A stretch of 51,538 nt of DNA from a virus (IMGVR_UViG_3300026078_000021:1-51538), one strand, 5' to 3'. Positions 8,303 through 18,082 are shown, counted from the first letter of the stretch. A program made the numbers and translations. The notes: generated by a model from the sequence alone, not told the origin.

Positions 8303-8529
8303 CCCCCGGGGTGGGGGAGGGCGCGTACCTGCTGGCGCACTGGCTGGAGCACTACCTGGACGATTGCCCCGGCGGGGTGTTCCCCGAAGACCTCGTGCTG
8401 CGCAGCGGCGCGTTCGTGCAGGCGCATTTCCCCGAGTACACGGCCGCGCTGCGAACGCAGCGCACCGACACCCAGCAGCTGCTGCGCGCGGTGGGCGCCG
8501 TGTGGGCCGATACCGGGGAGACGGTATGA
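8290..8529 (+). CDS. Hypothetical protein (start uncertain)
   Basis: Fills the gap; its stop overlaps the ATG at 8526 (ATGA). Confidence 0.45.
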   Translation: MARLAPGVGEGAYLLAHWLEHYLDDCPGGVFPEDLVLRSGAFVQAHFPEYTAALRTQRTDTQQLLRAVGAVWADTGETV

Positions 8530-9392
8530 GAATCCTGCTCGCGGGCGACACCCACCGCAACCCCCATCACCTGCTGTACCTGCTGGGTATCGCGGTCGAC
8601 GAGGGAGTAACGATCGTGTTCGTGGTCGGTGACTTCGGCGCGCTGGAGCACACCAGCAAAGGGGCTGAGTTCTTCGAAACCACCCAGCATTACGCGCAGC
8701 AGTGCGGTATCACCGTGTACTTCCTCGACGGCAACCACGACAAGACTTCCCTGGTGATCGAGCGTTACGCCGACCGGCTCGACGAGGAGGGGTTCCTCAT
8801 CTGCCGGCCCCGGGTGCGTTACGCGCCGCGCGGGCACCGCTGGAGTTGGGGCGGTGTGCGGTTCATGGCGTTCGGCGGCGCGTACAGCGTGGATAAGATG
8901 CTGCGCCTGGAATGGGAGCACCGCGAGCGCAAACGCCGCATGGAACGGGTCGTCAAATACGGCTCGACGGTCAACCCGGACACCTCGGGCATGCACTGGT
9001 TCCCCGAGGAGCAGGCCACCGAGCAGGACGTGCAGCGTATCCTGGCGGCCGACTCCTCCCCGATCGACGTGCTGCTCACCCACGACAAACCGAACGGTGC
9101 CACGCCGCCGGGCTGGACGTACAACCAGCCGGATGAGTGCTATCCGAATCAGGAACGCATTCAGCGCCTGGCGGAGGCGCTGCGCCCGAAACTGCTGGTG
9201 CACGGGCATCTGCACTACCCGTATCAGCAACTGGTCCCGATCGGCGGCGCCGCGCGGATGCAGGTGATCGGCTTGGACTGCGACGGCCCGAGCTTCTATC
9301 CTCACTATGATCCGACGAATTCGTGGATGGTCCTGGACCTGGACGAGCCCCCGTATCCCCTGGAGGCGGCAGATGGCGTACCGACGGCGTGA
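8526..9392 (+). CDS. Calcineurin-like metallophosphoesterase
   Basis: GDTH, GDFG, DGNHD, THD and HGHLH motifs all present. Confidence 0.9.
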   Translation: MRILLAGDTHRNPHHLLYLLGIAVDEGVTIVFVVGDFGALEHTSKGAEFFETTQHYAQQCGITVYFLDGNHDKTSLVIERYADRLDEEGFLICRPRVRYAPRGHRWSWGGVRFMAFGGAYSVDKMLRLEWEHRERKRRMERVVKYGSTVNPDTSGMHWFPEEQATEQDVQRILAADSSPIDVLLTHDKPNGATPPGWTYNQPDECYPNQERIQRLAEALRPKLLVHGHLHYPYQQLVPIGGAARMQVIGLDCDGPSFYPHYDPTNSWMVLDLDEPPYPLEAADGVPTA

Positions 9393-9465
9393 CCCGACCG
9401 CCAACACCGGGTGCGTCCGCTGGCCGGTAGACCAACCGGGCGTCATCGACACCGGCGAGGGCGGC

Positions 9466-9777
9466 ATGAGCGTCTACGCGTTCTGGACTCAGGCACCCGA
9501 CTTCGACAGGGAAGACTTCGTCGTGTGCTGCGAGGGTTTCGAGCTGCGCGCCGAACTGCGCGACACCCCGATCAGTCCCGACCCACAGCGGTTCGAGCGC
9601 AACCTGCTCGGGGCGCTGCTGCTGGGTACCAGCGGAGGCTCCTGGTTCGACCACGCCGCCGACCGAACCTGGCAGGCCGCCACGGGCGATCTGACCGAGG
9701 CGGGCCAGATCGCCGTCGCAACGCTGAGCCGGATCTACGGCCGGGAGGCGACATTGTTCACCGCCCTGGACACCTAG
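9466..9777 (+). CDS. Hypothetical protein (alternative start 9373)
   Basis: GC3-rich reading frame between neighbouring genes. Confidence 0.55.
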   Translation: MSVYAFWTQAPDFDREDFVVCCEGFELRAELRDTPISPDPQRFERNLLGALLLGTSGGSWFDHAADRTWQAATGDLTEAGQIAVATLSRIYGREATLFTALDT

Positions 9778-9784
9778 TCGCCCG

Positions 9785-10111
9785 GTGACAGAGCCCTTCG
9801 TCAATGATACAAATGTGTTCATGCGTGAACCGATCCAAGTCACCCACAACACCGTGCCTTTGCTGCGCGCCCTGTGCGAACAGCGCCGACTGTGGTACGG
9901 CTACGAACTCGCGCAGCACACCGGCCTGCGCAGCGCCACCCTCGGCGTCCTACTGCACAGGCTGGTGGAAATCGGTTGGGCCGCCCGTCAGCAGGAGAGC
10001 GAGCAGGCGTGGCGCGCACGCCGGGCCCGCACCGCACGCCGCACGTACTTCATACTCACCGACGAGGGCGCCACCGGCGCCCGGCGCATCCTGAAGGACC
10101 AAGACAGATGA
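9785..10111 (+). CDS. PadR-like wHTH transcriptional regulator
   Basis: WYGYELAQHTGLRSATLGVLLHRLVEIGW...RRTYFILTDEG. Confidence 0.8.
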   Translation: MTEPFVNDTNVFMREPIQVTHNTVPLLRALCEQRRLWYGYELAQHTGLRSATLGVLLHRLVEIGWAARQQESEQAWRARRARTARRTYFILTDEGATGARRILKDQDR

Positions 10112-10173
10112 AACACCCCACCCCCTCCTAGTGGGCTTGAGCCGGAGACGCCGGCCGCCCCGAGAGGGAAAGC

Positions 10174-10617
10174 ATGTCGCGCACCGCGCACCACGTGCGG
10201 TACGAGCACTGGAACATCCGCCGCCCCGACTACTACTGGGCGCCGCGCTGGCGCCTGGAGGCAGGGGTCGAGTTCTACCCGCACCGCAAAAGCGGCGGCG
10301 GCGGGTGGGTTCTGGCCCGGCACGAGGAGATCCTGGGCAACGTCGTCTACGACCTGCGCTACTACGCCGGGTGCAAGCGCGTCCCGCGCAAGATCGTGCG
10401 CCGCACCCCGGACTGGGGCGGCTGGCCCTACGCCTGGGGGCACGGCGGGATGGCGGGTGTCAAGCACTGGGCCGACCAGATCGAAGGCGGCATTCGGGCC
10501 GCCGCCCGCGACTACGCCCGCGCCGCCGTCAAAACCCACCGCGCCGGCGGCGACGTCGAAGAACTGCTGGAACCGGACGGGCGCACCCGGGGCAGCGCGC
10601 TGTACGAGGCGTGGTAG
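10174..10617 (+). CDS. Hypothetical protein, Arg/Trp/Tyr-rich
   Basis: RBS GAGGGAAAG; strong GC3 bias. Confidence 0.65.
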   Translation: MSRTAHHVRYEHWNIRRPDYYWAPRWRLEAGVEFYPHRKSGGGGWVLARHEEILGNVVYDLRYYAGCKRVPRKIVRRTPDWGGWPYAWGHGGMAGVKHWADQIEGGIRAAARDYARAAVKTHRAGGDVEELLEPDGRTRGSALYEAW

Positions 10618-10653
10618 CATCACCGGCACAGGCTAAGGGACGCACCGAAACGC

Positions 10654-10705
10654 AAAAAAGGCGGCGACCGGCCTCCGGGGTTATCCGGGAGCCGGTCGCC
10701 GCCTT
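10654..10705. terminator. Terminator between the convergent early and late regions
   Basis: 15-bp stem AAGGCGGCGACCGGC/GCCGGTCGCCGCCTT; A6 tract gives a U-tail on the - strand. Confidence 0.8.
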
Positions 10706-10907
10706 ATGCGGTCACAGGGGTGTGGGTGTCGTACTTGCCGCGTTTGACGTCCTCGACGAACTTGAGCCATGTGCCGGGCGTGAACCACAACGCGCCGTTA
10801 CCGTGCAGTTTGGAGTCGAGCAGGGCCACGCCGTCGGGCAGCAGCGCGACCTCGATCGCCTCGTTGTGGGTGCCCGAACCCAGTTTCACGATAGTACTCA
10901 TGGCCAT
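10704..10907 (-). CDS. DUF397-family protein (BldB/Scr2-like), orphan
   Basis: IEVALLPDGVALLDSK..GALWFTPGTWLKFVEDVKRG matches the DUF397 pattern CVEVA..VAVRDSK..L.F....W..F...VK. Confidence 0.75.
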   Translation of the reverse strand: MAMSTIVKLGSGTHNEAIEVALLPDGVALLDSKLHGNGALWFTPGTWLKFVEDVKRGKYDTHTPVTA

Positions 10908-10915
10908 ATGGTAAC

Positions 10916-10945
10916 ACCCTGATTAAAGGCGCGCCACCCTGTCAA
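10916..10945 (-). promoter_or_regulatory. Promoter TTGACA-N18-CAGGGT for the DUF397 gene
   Basis: Shares AGGGTGTT around the -10 with the 5150 promoter. Confidence 0.5.
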
Positions 10946-10955
10946 GTCAAGGGGT

Positions 10956-11963
10956 TCACACGTGGAGCGCTGCGGAGGTCACCGGGCCCACGATCCCGTC
11001 CACCATCAGGTGTTTAGCGGTCTGGAACCGGCACACCGCCGCCTCTGTCAGATCCCCTGCCACCCCGTCAAGCGGGCCCGGGGAGAACCCGGCGGCCAGC
11101 AACGCGGTCTGCACCCGCGCCACCCACTCGTCCAGCGCCGTCCACGTGCGCGGACCCGCGACCCCGTCCGCCCACTGCACCTGCGCCAAGTGCGCCTGCT
11201 GCCATTCCACCAGCGCGCCGTGGGTACGCGGCCCGAACGCCCCGTCCGCCGGCCCCGGCCAGCACCCGGCCATCGCCAAATCCCGCTGCAACCGCATCAC
11301 CAGCGGGCCACTGGCCCCCTCACGCACCGTCGCGGGCACGCCCGGTGGCACCTCTACCGGGCTGCTCGACTCCCACTGGCCGAACGCCTGCGCCGTCGCC
11401 TCGTCCAGATCCACATCCGCGTCCGCGACCTTCTGCTCCACCGCGACCTGCCGGATCAGCGCGCGGCTCTCCCACCGGCCGCCCGACCAGGCGTAGGTCT
11501 GCCACAGGTGCGCGAACCCCGCGTCGGCAGCGGCCTTGACCACCTCGTAGCCGCCGTACACCCCGACCCGTGCGTGCGAGCCCTCGGCGTCGGCCGCCCC
11601 GTGCAGGAAATCGAGTACCGCCGTCACCTGCGTAGCGTCAGCGTCGAAATCCGCCGAGTAGTAGATCGGGATGTCCGGGGGCGCGCCGACGGAGGTGGCC
11701 TGCGCGCGCGCGTTGCGCGCGGTGGACAGGCCCGCCGCGTAGCCGCCGAGCATGAAATTCGCGGTGCTCTCGTAGTTCAGGACGATCGCGATGCCGGCCG
11801 CGTGCAACTGCGCCGCCTCGACCGCCGTGAGGTCTTTGCTGTTGTGGTAGCCGGACGTCCCGTCGCTGGAGAGGTACCGGCACGCGAATTTCACGCCGGC
11901 CTGCGCGAGCGCACCGGGAGCCGGGCGCGCGAAAGAGTAGTCGACGCCGGAGATAGCCGTCAT
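10956..11963 (-). CDS. Endolysin: DUF1906 (GH25-like) catalytic domain plus two peptidoglycan-binding domains
   Basis: GVDYS..GVKFACRYLS..KDLTAVEAAQLHAAGIAIVLNYE..IYYSADFD..GVYGG..WQTYAWS; C-terminal LQRDL..DGAFGPRT and VQTAL..DGIVGPVT. Confidence 0.9.
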   Translation of the reverse strand: MTAISGVDYSFARPAPGALAQAGVKFACRYLSSDGTSGYHNSKDLTAVEAAQLHAAGIAIVLNYESTANFMLGGYAAGLSTARNARAQATSVGAPPDIPIYYSADFDADATQVTAVLDFLHGAADAEGSHARVGVYGGYEVVKAAADAGFAHLWQTYAWSGGRWESRALIRQVAVEQKVADADVDLDEATAQAFGQWESSSPVEVPPGVPATVREGASGPLVMRLQRDLAMAGCWPGPADGAFGPRTHGALVEWQQAHLAQVQWADGVAGPRTWTALDEWVARVQTALLAAGFSPGPLDGVAGDLTEAAVCRFQTAKHLMVDGIVGPVTSAALHV

Positions 11964-11973
11964 AGCAACGCCT

Positions 11974-12405
11974 TTACGTGTTGGAGTGGGCCTGGGCGTG
12001 ATCGTCCTGGGCGTCCAGATGCGCGTGCAGGCCCGCCAGCTCGTGCAAAATCGCCTCGGTGTCGCGGTAGGTGTCCTGTGCACGCCGGTCAGACGCTTTG
12101 GCCTGCGCGTTCTGCCCGACGATGATCACGGGCAGCAAGACGAGCTGGAGGAAATTACTGGATACCCAGGCGATGATGATCGTCAGGTTGTGGGAGGCGA
12201 TCGCGGAGGGCAGCGAGAGCAGCGCCAGCAGCGTGAAGCAGTAGGCGCAGCTCATCGTGCCCACCAGCAGCGTGATGCGCAGCGCGAGGTTCGCGTTGAA
12301 GCGTTGCCACGCGGTGCGCCGGGGGTACTGCTCGGCGCTCGTCGCCGGCCCGGGTGAGCGCCGCTGCGCGATATGCGGGTGGGGGACGTGCCGGTACAGG
12401 CTCAC
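11974..12405 (-). CDS. Membrane protein in the lysis cassette (DUF1003-like; holin-associated candidate)
   Basis: Two TM segments, LQLVLLPVIIVGQN; GTGA overlap with the upstream gene. Confidence 0.6.
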   Translation of the reverse strand: MSLYRHVPHPHIAQRRSPGPATSAEQYPRRTAWQRFNANLALRITLLVGTMSCAYCFTLLALLSLPSAIASHNLTIIIAWVSSNFLQLVLLPVIIVGQNAQAKASDRRAQDTYRDTEAILHELAGLHAHLDAQDDHAQAHSNT

Positions 12406-12701
12406 AGCGCGCCCCCGTGCAGGACTACCGCCAGCACCACGCCGGTGATCGCGACCAGCAGCGGCAGCAGCCAACGCCAATGCTCCTGGCGTTCGCGTTG
12501 CGCACTGCGGGTGGCGTTGCGCGCGGTCTGGTCGGACTCCACGCGCCGCTCCAGCGTGTCGACCCGGTGGTCCAGCGCCGTGAGGTCCGCGCGATCCGCC
12601 TTCAGGTTCAGCACGGTGAACATCGCGTCGATCTTGCGGTCGAGTTTCTCGATCACTTCCTTGAGCGTGTAGCCCACGTCCGGTCCGTGCGGTTCGCTCA
12701 T
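12402..12701 (-). CDS. Coiled-coil protein with C-terminal TM (lysis-cassette membrane protein)
   Basis: MSEPHGPD..LDHRVDTLERRV..WRWLLPLLVAITGVVLAVVL; RBS GGAAAGGA. Confidence 0.65.
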   Translation of the reverse strand: MSEPHGPDVGYTLKEVIEKLDRKIDAMFTVLNLKADRADLTALDHRVDTLERRVESDQTARNATRSAQRERQEHWRWLLPLLVAITGVVLAVVLHGGAL

Positions 12702-12750
12702 CGCGTCCTTTCCTCCTCGTGGCGGCGGGATGGGGCAACGAGGGGGCAGG

Positions 12751-13239
12751 CTAGGAGGAGACCCACAGGACGGAGAGAAAACTGTCCTGGTCGACACCGA
12801 TCTGCGTGGCGAGGTTGCCGCCGGTGTTCTGGTATCCCTGGAGTTCCAGGTAGTCGCTCGCCGAGCAGGCCACGATGAACCCGGCCGTGCTGATCGACAC
12901 ACCGTGCGCGGTGGAGGCGGAACCGACGAGGCTATACGGGCCCTGAATCGTCGAGCCGTTCTTGACGATCTTCGCGCCGCGATCGCCGGAGGTGTTCAGA
13001 GCGAACGCGACGGTGCCGGACACAAGGTACTTCCCCGGTACTTGGATCGTGTACCGGGAGTTACTGGTCACATTGGAGTGGCCGCCGTAGTTGTCGATCG
13101 TGGACGAATCAAAACCGATTGATGTCCACGCGTTTGTTGGGACGGTGGTGGTAGCGCTGCTCTGCACCAGCACCGCGATCGGCGGATTAGACAGGAAACT
13201 GCCCTGCGCCAACAGCAGCGTCTCGAAAGTCGAGGCCAC
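12751..13239 (-). CDS. Minor tail/fibre protein with C1q/TNF-like beta-sandwich
   Basis: WTSIGFDSSTIDN..RYTIQVPGKYLVSG..DYLELQGYQ; last gene of the tail module. Confidence 0.6.
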   Translation of the reverse strand: MASTFETLLLAQGSFLSNPPIAVLVQSSATTTVPTNAWTSIGFDSSTIDNYGGHSNVTSNSRYTIQVPGKYLVSGTVAFALNTSGDRGAKIVKNGSTIQGPYSLVGSASTAHGVSISTAGFIVACSASDYLELQGYQNTGGNLATQIGVDQDSFLSVLWVSS

Positions 13240-13246
13240 ACCCCTC

Positions 13247-15574
13247 CTATGCCAGCACCGTGACACCGGTCGCAGGCCACAGCCCCACGCCCGGCCACGT
13301 GCCGCTGTAGTCGATCTGCGCGACGGAAGAGACCTGCGGCCCCGGGGCCGCCTGAAGGGTGACGGCGGAGGCGTAGAAGATCGCGGTAGCCGGGGGCGTG
13401 CCGCGCTGGTATACCCCGACGGTGGCGTACACCGCCGTGGACGGCGGTGTACCGGTCACCGCGAGCCGCGTCCAGGTGTTCGCCGCCACGCTCGTCGTCG
13501 CGCCGGTCGCAGAGGAGATGAACCCGCCGCTGAATCCCGCCGCCGTGTACCAGTTGACGATGATCTCGCAGTTCGAATACCCGGTCGGCGAGTAGAACCA
13601 GCAGGTACCGGTGTAGGACTGCTGGAGGTTGACCGCCTGAAGCTGCGATTCGATGTCCACCGACGCGGAGACCCCGTTGGGGGTGAACTTCCCCGAGAAC
13701 GGCAACCCGCCCTGCGTGAACGCACTGGACTGGACCAGTGTGCCGTTGCCGGCGTTCCAGAAGTCCACGCCGCCCGAGAAGTCGAAGTTCGGGTTGAGCA
13801 CGGGCCCGGGTTGCACGGTGGCGTCCAGCACACCGACCAGCCGCCGATCCGGGGTGTTCGTGGTAATCAGGGTACTGACGCGGGCGCCGCTGTCCTGCCA
13901 GGTGTGCACCACGCGGTTGTTGCGCGCCCCGGGCGTCCCCGTGCCGTTGGAGTTGTCGTAGATCGTCAGCGGCACCGCGTGCCCGCTCGCGCCCGCGCTC
14001 CAGCTCGTCGACCCGGTCGCGCGCGTGAGCACGGTCGGATTACCGGGAAACACGTCCACATCGTCCGACAGCCACGCGTAGTTGTTCAGGTCGCTGCCCG
14101 GCTGGGAGAGCACGATGTGATACGTGGTGGCGTTGGTCAGCCCGGTGGCGGGCAGCGGCACCGAGATCACCGGGATGCGGGTGAGCGTCGCCGTCAGATA
14201 GGACGTCGGGTTCAGGTCAAAGACCTGCCAGGTGTCCGTACCCGAGGAGAAGATCGCGAACATGGACTGGACCAGGGACTGATCCGGCAGCGTCCCGTTG
14301 TAGGTGCCGCGAAACCAGCTCCCGGGCCCGGAGGAGTCGAAACTGAGCGACTGGAGATCGTTGGTCGGGGAGAAGGAGGGGACCGTCCAACCACCCACGA
14401 TGAACAACCCGCTGTCGGCCGCGACGATGCCGCCGCTGGTGGCCACCGGGCTGCTCGGGCCGGCCTGCCACGCCCCGAGGCTGCCGTTGGTGTTGATCGG
14501 TGCGTAGTACGTGGAGGCCGAGACCGTCACGGTGGCGTTCTGACCGCCGGTCACCACCAGGAAGTTCCCGATCACGGCGACGCTGGGGAAAGTGACGGCG
14601 ATCGGCAGCGGCGGCCCGCTGTTCCAGGAAGTGATCTGCCCGTTCTGCGTCTGCGCCCAATACACGGTGCTGAGCGTGGTACCGCCGCTAGAACCCCCGA
14701 CCAGGTAGACGTAACTATCGTTCCAGGTGGCGGCACCGCTGGTGGTGGATTCAATGGCCTGGGGCAGGGAAGTTTGCTGCGCCCACGCGCCCACGGTGCC
14801 GGCACCGTCCCAACTGGCGGTGTACACGGTGGCCTGGTCGACGCTGTTGACCCCGCCCATGCAGATGATCGTGTCGCTGGTCGCGGCGGCGGCGGCCGAG
14901 GACAGGCCCTGCGGCAGGGAGGGTTGCGCGACGGCGGTGCCCAACGTGGCACCGTCGTAGAAGTAGCTGAACACGTTGCCGACCGGCGGGCCGGTGAAGG
15001 TGGTGCCACCGACGGAGACCATGTAGTTGCCCGACAGCACCACGTTGGTGTTGGGGAACAGCAGACTGGTCGCGCTCACCGACGGGAAAGACCACCCCAC
15101 GCTCGTCCACGCGCCGATGTGGAAGGCGCAGTTGCCAGCGCCGGCGAGCGCGTTGCCGGTGTCCTGCACGACCGGTGCCGTGTTGGACGGGCCCGCGACG
15201 GCGGTCAGCGCCGCCTGCTGCACCAGCCAGGACGCCGGCACCCGGGTCTGGGTGACCAGCGTCCCGGGCACCCCGGCGTTGTTGGTGTACAGGCTCACGA
15301 TCAGGTCAGCGCCAGTGCCACTGGGCAGCAGCGGCAACACGACGCGCCCGATCGCGGTGCCGGACATGGTGAAAGGCTGCGCGAGATCGTAGGCGTCCAG
15401 GTGGTAGGTCCAGTCGGTGCCGCCCAACCCGTTCGGCGTGAGAATCGCGTTGCCCTGATACACCTCGCTGCCGGCGTGCATCCCGAGGAACTGGTTGATC
15501 TGCGCGGAAGCGTCCACCGCGCCGTTGTCGCCGAGCAGGCCGGCGCGCGCAGCGGACCAGTTGGGCGTCGCCAC
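13247..15574 (-). CDS. Large minor tail protein with Kelch-like repeats and a CBM-like domain
   Basis: Kelch-like blades (YMVSVGG, IICMGG, YVYLVGG, FLVVTGG, LFIVGG); VLNPNFDF..W..YTGTCWFY CBM-like segment. Confidence 0.7.
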   Translation of the reverse strand: MATPNWSAARAGLLGDNGAVDASAQINQFLGMHAGSEVYQGNAILTPNGLGGTDWTYHLDAYDLAQPFTMSGTAIGRVVLPLLPSGTGADLIVSLYTNNAGVPGTLVTQTRVPASWLVQQAALTAVAGPSNTAPVVQDTGNALAGAGNCAFHIGAWTSVGWSFPSVSATSLLFPNTNVVLSGNYMVSVGGTTFTGPPVGNVFSYFYDGATLGTAVAQPSLPQGLSSAAAAATSDTIICMGGVNSVDQATVYTASWDGAGTVGAWAQQTSLPQAIESTTSGAATWNDSYVYLVGGSSGGTTLSTVYWAQTQNGQITSWNSGPPLPIAVTFPSVAVIGNFLVVTGGQNATVTVSASTYYAPINTNGSLGAWQAGPSSPVATSGGIVAADSGLFIVGGWTVPSFSPTNDLQSLSFDSSGPGSWFRGTYNGTLPDQSLVQSMFAIFSSGTDTWQVFDLNPTSYLTATLTRIPVISVPLPATGLTNATTYHIVLSQPGSDLNNYAWLSDDVDVFPGNPTVLTRATGSTSWSAGASGHAVPLTIYDNSNGTGTPGARNNRVVHTWQDSGARVSTLITTNTPDRRLVGVLDATVQPGPVLNPNFDFSGGVDFWNAGNGTLVQSSAFTQGGLPFSGKFTPNGVSASVDIESQLQAVNLQQSYTGTCWFYSPTGYSNCEIIVNWYTAAGFSGGFISSATGATTSVAANTWTRLAVTGTPPSTAVYATVGVYQRGTPPATAIFYASAVTLQAAPGPQVSSVAQIDYSGTWPGVGLWPATGVTVLA

Positions 15575-15595
15575 CGCTCACCTCACCTGCCTCTC

Positions 15596-16318
15596 TTACG
15601 CGACGGAGGTGAGCAGGCCGTTGGTGTAGGAGTAACTGCGGGAGGAGTTCACGTACTGGTTCGCGCCCTGCGCGACGGTGTACTCCTGCACCTGGCTGGG
15701 CGTACCCGCGCCGTTGTAGGTGAAGATCGTCCACCGCGCCCCGGAATCCTCATAGGTGTGCAGCAGACTGCCGCTGGTTCCCGAGTACACCTGGTACACC
15801 AACCCGTAGGTCTGCGCGGCCCACGTCGTGCCGTTCGCGCTCGTGGACGCCCCGGAGACCTGGTTCGACTTGAGCCAGGAATAAAGGTTGGAGGGATCAC
15901 CCACCGCGTTCATCACAATCCAGTACGTGGTGGCGTTCGCCAGCGGCGCGGACAGCGGCATGCTGACGTTCAAACTGCCGGCGGAGGTGAAGCTGCTGGG
16001 CACCTGGATCGTGGCGAGCACCGTGCCGGACGGAGCGCCCGCGTTGTTGCTCTGCAACGAGACCGTCAGGGGTGTCGGTGAGCCTGTGACTGCGAAGTCG
16101 AGCACCACACGGGTGCTGGTATACGCACTGGCCGTCGTGAACGACTGCGCGATGTACAGGCTGTTGGTGCTCGTCGACCCGGAACCGAGCGTCGTCTGCG
16201 CGTTCTGGCTGGTGCCGGTGTAGGCGAGGGTGACCGCGTGCGTTCCCAGGAACTGGTTGATTTGATTGGCGAGCGGCGGCTGCCCAGAGGTCGCGCCGTC
16301 CCACGAGAGCGTGGCCAT
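15596..16318 (-). CDS. Minor tail protein (paralog of 18082-18831)
   Basis: QINQFLGTH, AQSFTT, AQTYGL.YQVY, YEDSGARWT, SYTNGLLT shared. Confidence 0.7.
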   Translation of the reverse strand: MATLSWDGATSGQPPLANQINQFLGTHAVTLAYTGTSQNAQTTLGSGSTSTNSLYIAQSFTTASAYTSTRVVLDFAVTGSPTPLTVSLQSNNAGAPSGTVLATIQVPSSFTSAGSLNVSMPLSAPLANATTYWIVMNAVGDPSNLYSWLKSNQVSGASTSANGTTWAAQTYGLVYQVYSGTSGSLLHTYEDSGARWTIFTYNGAGTPSQVQEYTVAQGANQYVNSSRSYSYTNGLLTSVA

Positions 16319-16330
16319 GATCCCCGCTCC

Positions 16331-18082
16331 CTAGCGAATCTTTTCCAGGTACCCGCCCTGGCATGAGATCGTGTTGGACGCGGACGCCGTTCCCCACGTG
16401 AACCCGACCGACAGCGCACTGTTCGACGAGGATGACACGGTCGTGCCGACGCCGGGCGTCCCGACGAACGTGCTCGTCGCATCCGTGCTCGTCGATGTGT
16501 CCAGGTTCAACCTGATCACGGCGGTGACCACCGTCGTGGAGCGGAAGTTGACCACGGCGTCGTAGTAGAACGGCGCACTGGTCAGCGTGCCGGCCGTGAT
16601 CGCCGGGATGGACGCGATCAACGTTCCGCCGGTGCCGCCCCAGTACAGCGCGAACGTCATCGTCGGCGTCCCGGTCGTGGAGTAGACCCCGTACCCCACG
16701 ACGCGGTACACGGAACCGGTTTGCGGGTCGTTGCCCGGCACGGTGACCGTCTCCAACGTGCTCAGCGCCGCCGTGTTGGAGATCGTCGTAGATCCGGTGA
16801 TGGCGCTGCTGACCGTTTTGATGGGCAGGAACGACCACGTGCCGCCGACCCGGTAATACAACCGGTTGTTGAGTGTGTCCAGGCCGCCGACACCGTTGAG
16901 CGGCGTCGTGCCGAACGAGCCGTCACTGACCGCGCCGGCCACCTGCGTCAGAGGGCTGCCGGGCGCGTAAATGGCCGTGGACGTGTTGCCGCCGAACTGC
17001 GTGCCGTTATCCGCGCTGCAATCGCTGATGTGCACGGAACCGGTATTGGTGCCGAAATTCACATGCGCGCCGGTCGGTGTCGCGCCACCGGTGTAGGAGC
17101 CGCGAACGTTGTCCAGGAAAACAGTGGACGAAGCCAGTGGCGCGTTCACGGTGACACCGTTGGAGATCGTGGCGTTCGCCGTGGCGTTGAAGATCAGGAC
17201 TTCCTTGAGCGTACCGAACTGCGGGCCGAACACGATCGCGTCCTGCGCGGTCGAATATCCGCCGAAGAAACCGCCGACGTACACGTGAGTGTTCTTAAAG
17301 TGGATGTCGCGCGCCGTGGTGTCCACGAAGATCGTGTTGCCGCCGTTGAGGTTAGTGGTCTCCAGTTTGGAACTGACGAAGTAGAGGCTGTAGGGCTGGC
17401 CGATGTTCGTGCCCAGGCCGCGCTCCACACGGACCGCCCCCGTTTTGTACTGCTCCCACCGGCATCCAAACAGGTAGATGTTGTTGACGGTGTCCGCGCT
17501 GTACCCGAAACCGGAGGTCGCGGCGGAGTTGCGCAGCCACAGGTTCGGGGCGGTCGTGTTGGCGGTGGTGGACCCGTTGGTGTCCCACAGGACGTTGAAA
17601 TAACGGCTGTCCCAGAATTCCGCGCAGTCCTGCACGACGTCCGCGCTACCGGTGAACCGCACATCCCGGAAACACAGGTTGTCGGCGTAGTACGTCTGAA
17701 TGAGCGTCCCGGTCAGCGAGTTGCCGCTGAGCGTCAAATCCTCCAGCGAGCAAAATTCGCAGTGCGTCGCGGCGGTGGTGTCCGTGGACGGCCCCGACAT
17801 GGAGATCACCGGACCGGCGGACAGCCGCTTGATGATAGTCGCCGCCTGGCTGTGGCCGATCAGCCGCACGCCTTTGTATCCGCTGGTGCCGTTGTTCAGG
17901 ACGATCGCGGCGGTCGTAGAACTGACCGGTGTGACGGCGTAGGTGCCCGGCGGGAAGTAAACCACGCCGCCCGTGGACGCCACGGCGGTGATCGCCTGGT
18001 TGATCGCGGAAGTGTCGTCGTTGGACCCGTTAGCCAGCGCGCCATAGTCCTGCGGCGTGACGAACCCGGCCAGGTACGGCAT
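16331..18082 (-). CDS. Tailspike/depolymerase with pectate-lyase-like beta-helix
   Basis: VTPQDYGALANGSNDDTSAINQAI..GGVVYFPPGTY motif; TGATG overlap. Confidence 0.8.
   Translation of the reverse strand: MPYLAGFVTPQDYGALANGSNDDTSAINQAITAVASTGGVVYFPPGTYAVTPVSSTTAAIVLNNGTSGYKGVRLIGHSQAATIIKRLSAGPVISMSGPSTDTTAATHCEFCSLEDLTLSGNSLTGTLIQTYYADNLCFRDVRFTGSADVVQDCAEFWDSRYFNVLWDTNGSTTANTTAPNLWLRNSAATSGFGYSADTVNNIYLFGCRWEQYKTGAVRVERGLGTNIGQPYSLYFVSSKLETTNLNGGNTIFVDTTARDIHFKNTHVYVGGFFGGYSTAQDAIVFGPQFGTLKEVLIFNATANATISNGVTVNAPLASSTVFLDNVRGSYTGGATPTGAHVNFGTNTGSVHISDCSADNGTQFGGNTSTAIYAPGSPLTQVAGAVSDGSFGTTPLNGVGGLDTLNNRLYYRVGGTWSFLPIKTVSSAITGSTTISNTAALSTLETVTVPGNDPQTGSVYRVVGYGVYSTTGTPTMTFALYWGGTGGTLIASIPAITAGTLTSAPFYYDAVVNFRSTTVVTAVIRLNLDTSTSTDATSTFVGTPGVGTTVSSSSNSALSVGFTWGTASASNTISCQGGYLEKIR

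Noticed and set aside
13091-16081. Long + strand ORFs (996 aa here; also 21274-24591, 31810-33675, 33356-36316, 38245-40797, 46601-48547)
   Set aside because: Antisense shadows of real - strand genes, expected at high GC3; no recognisable motifs
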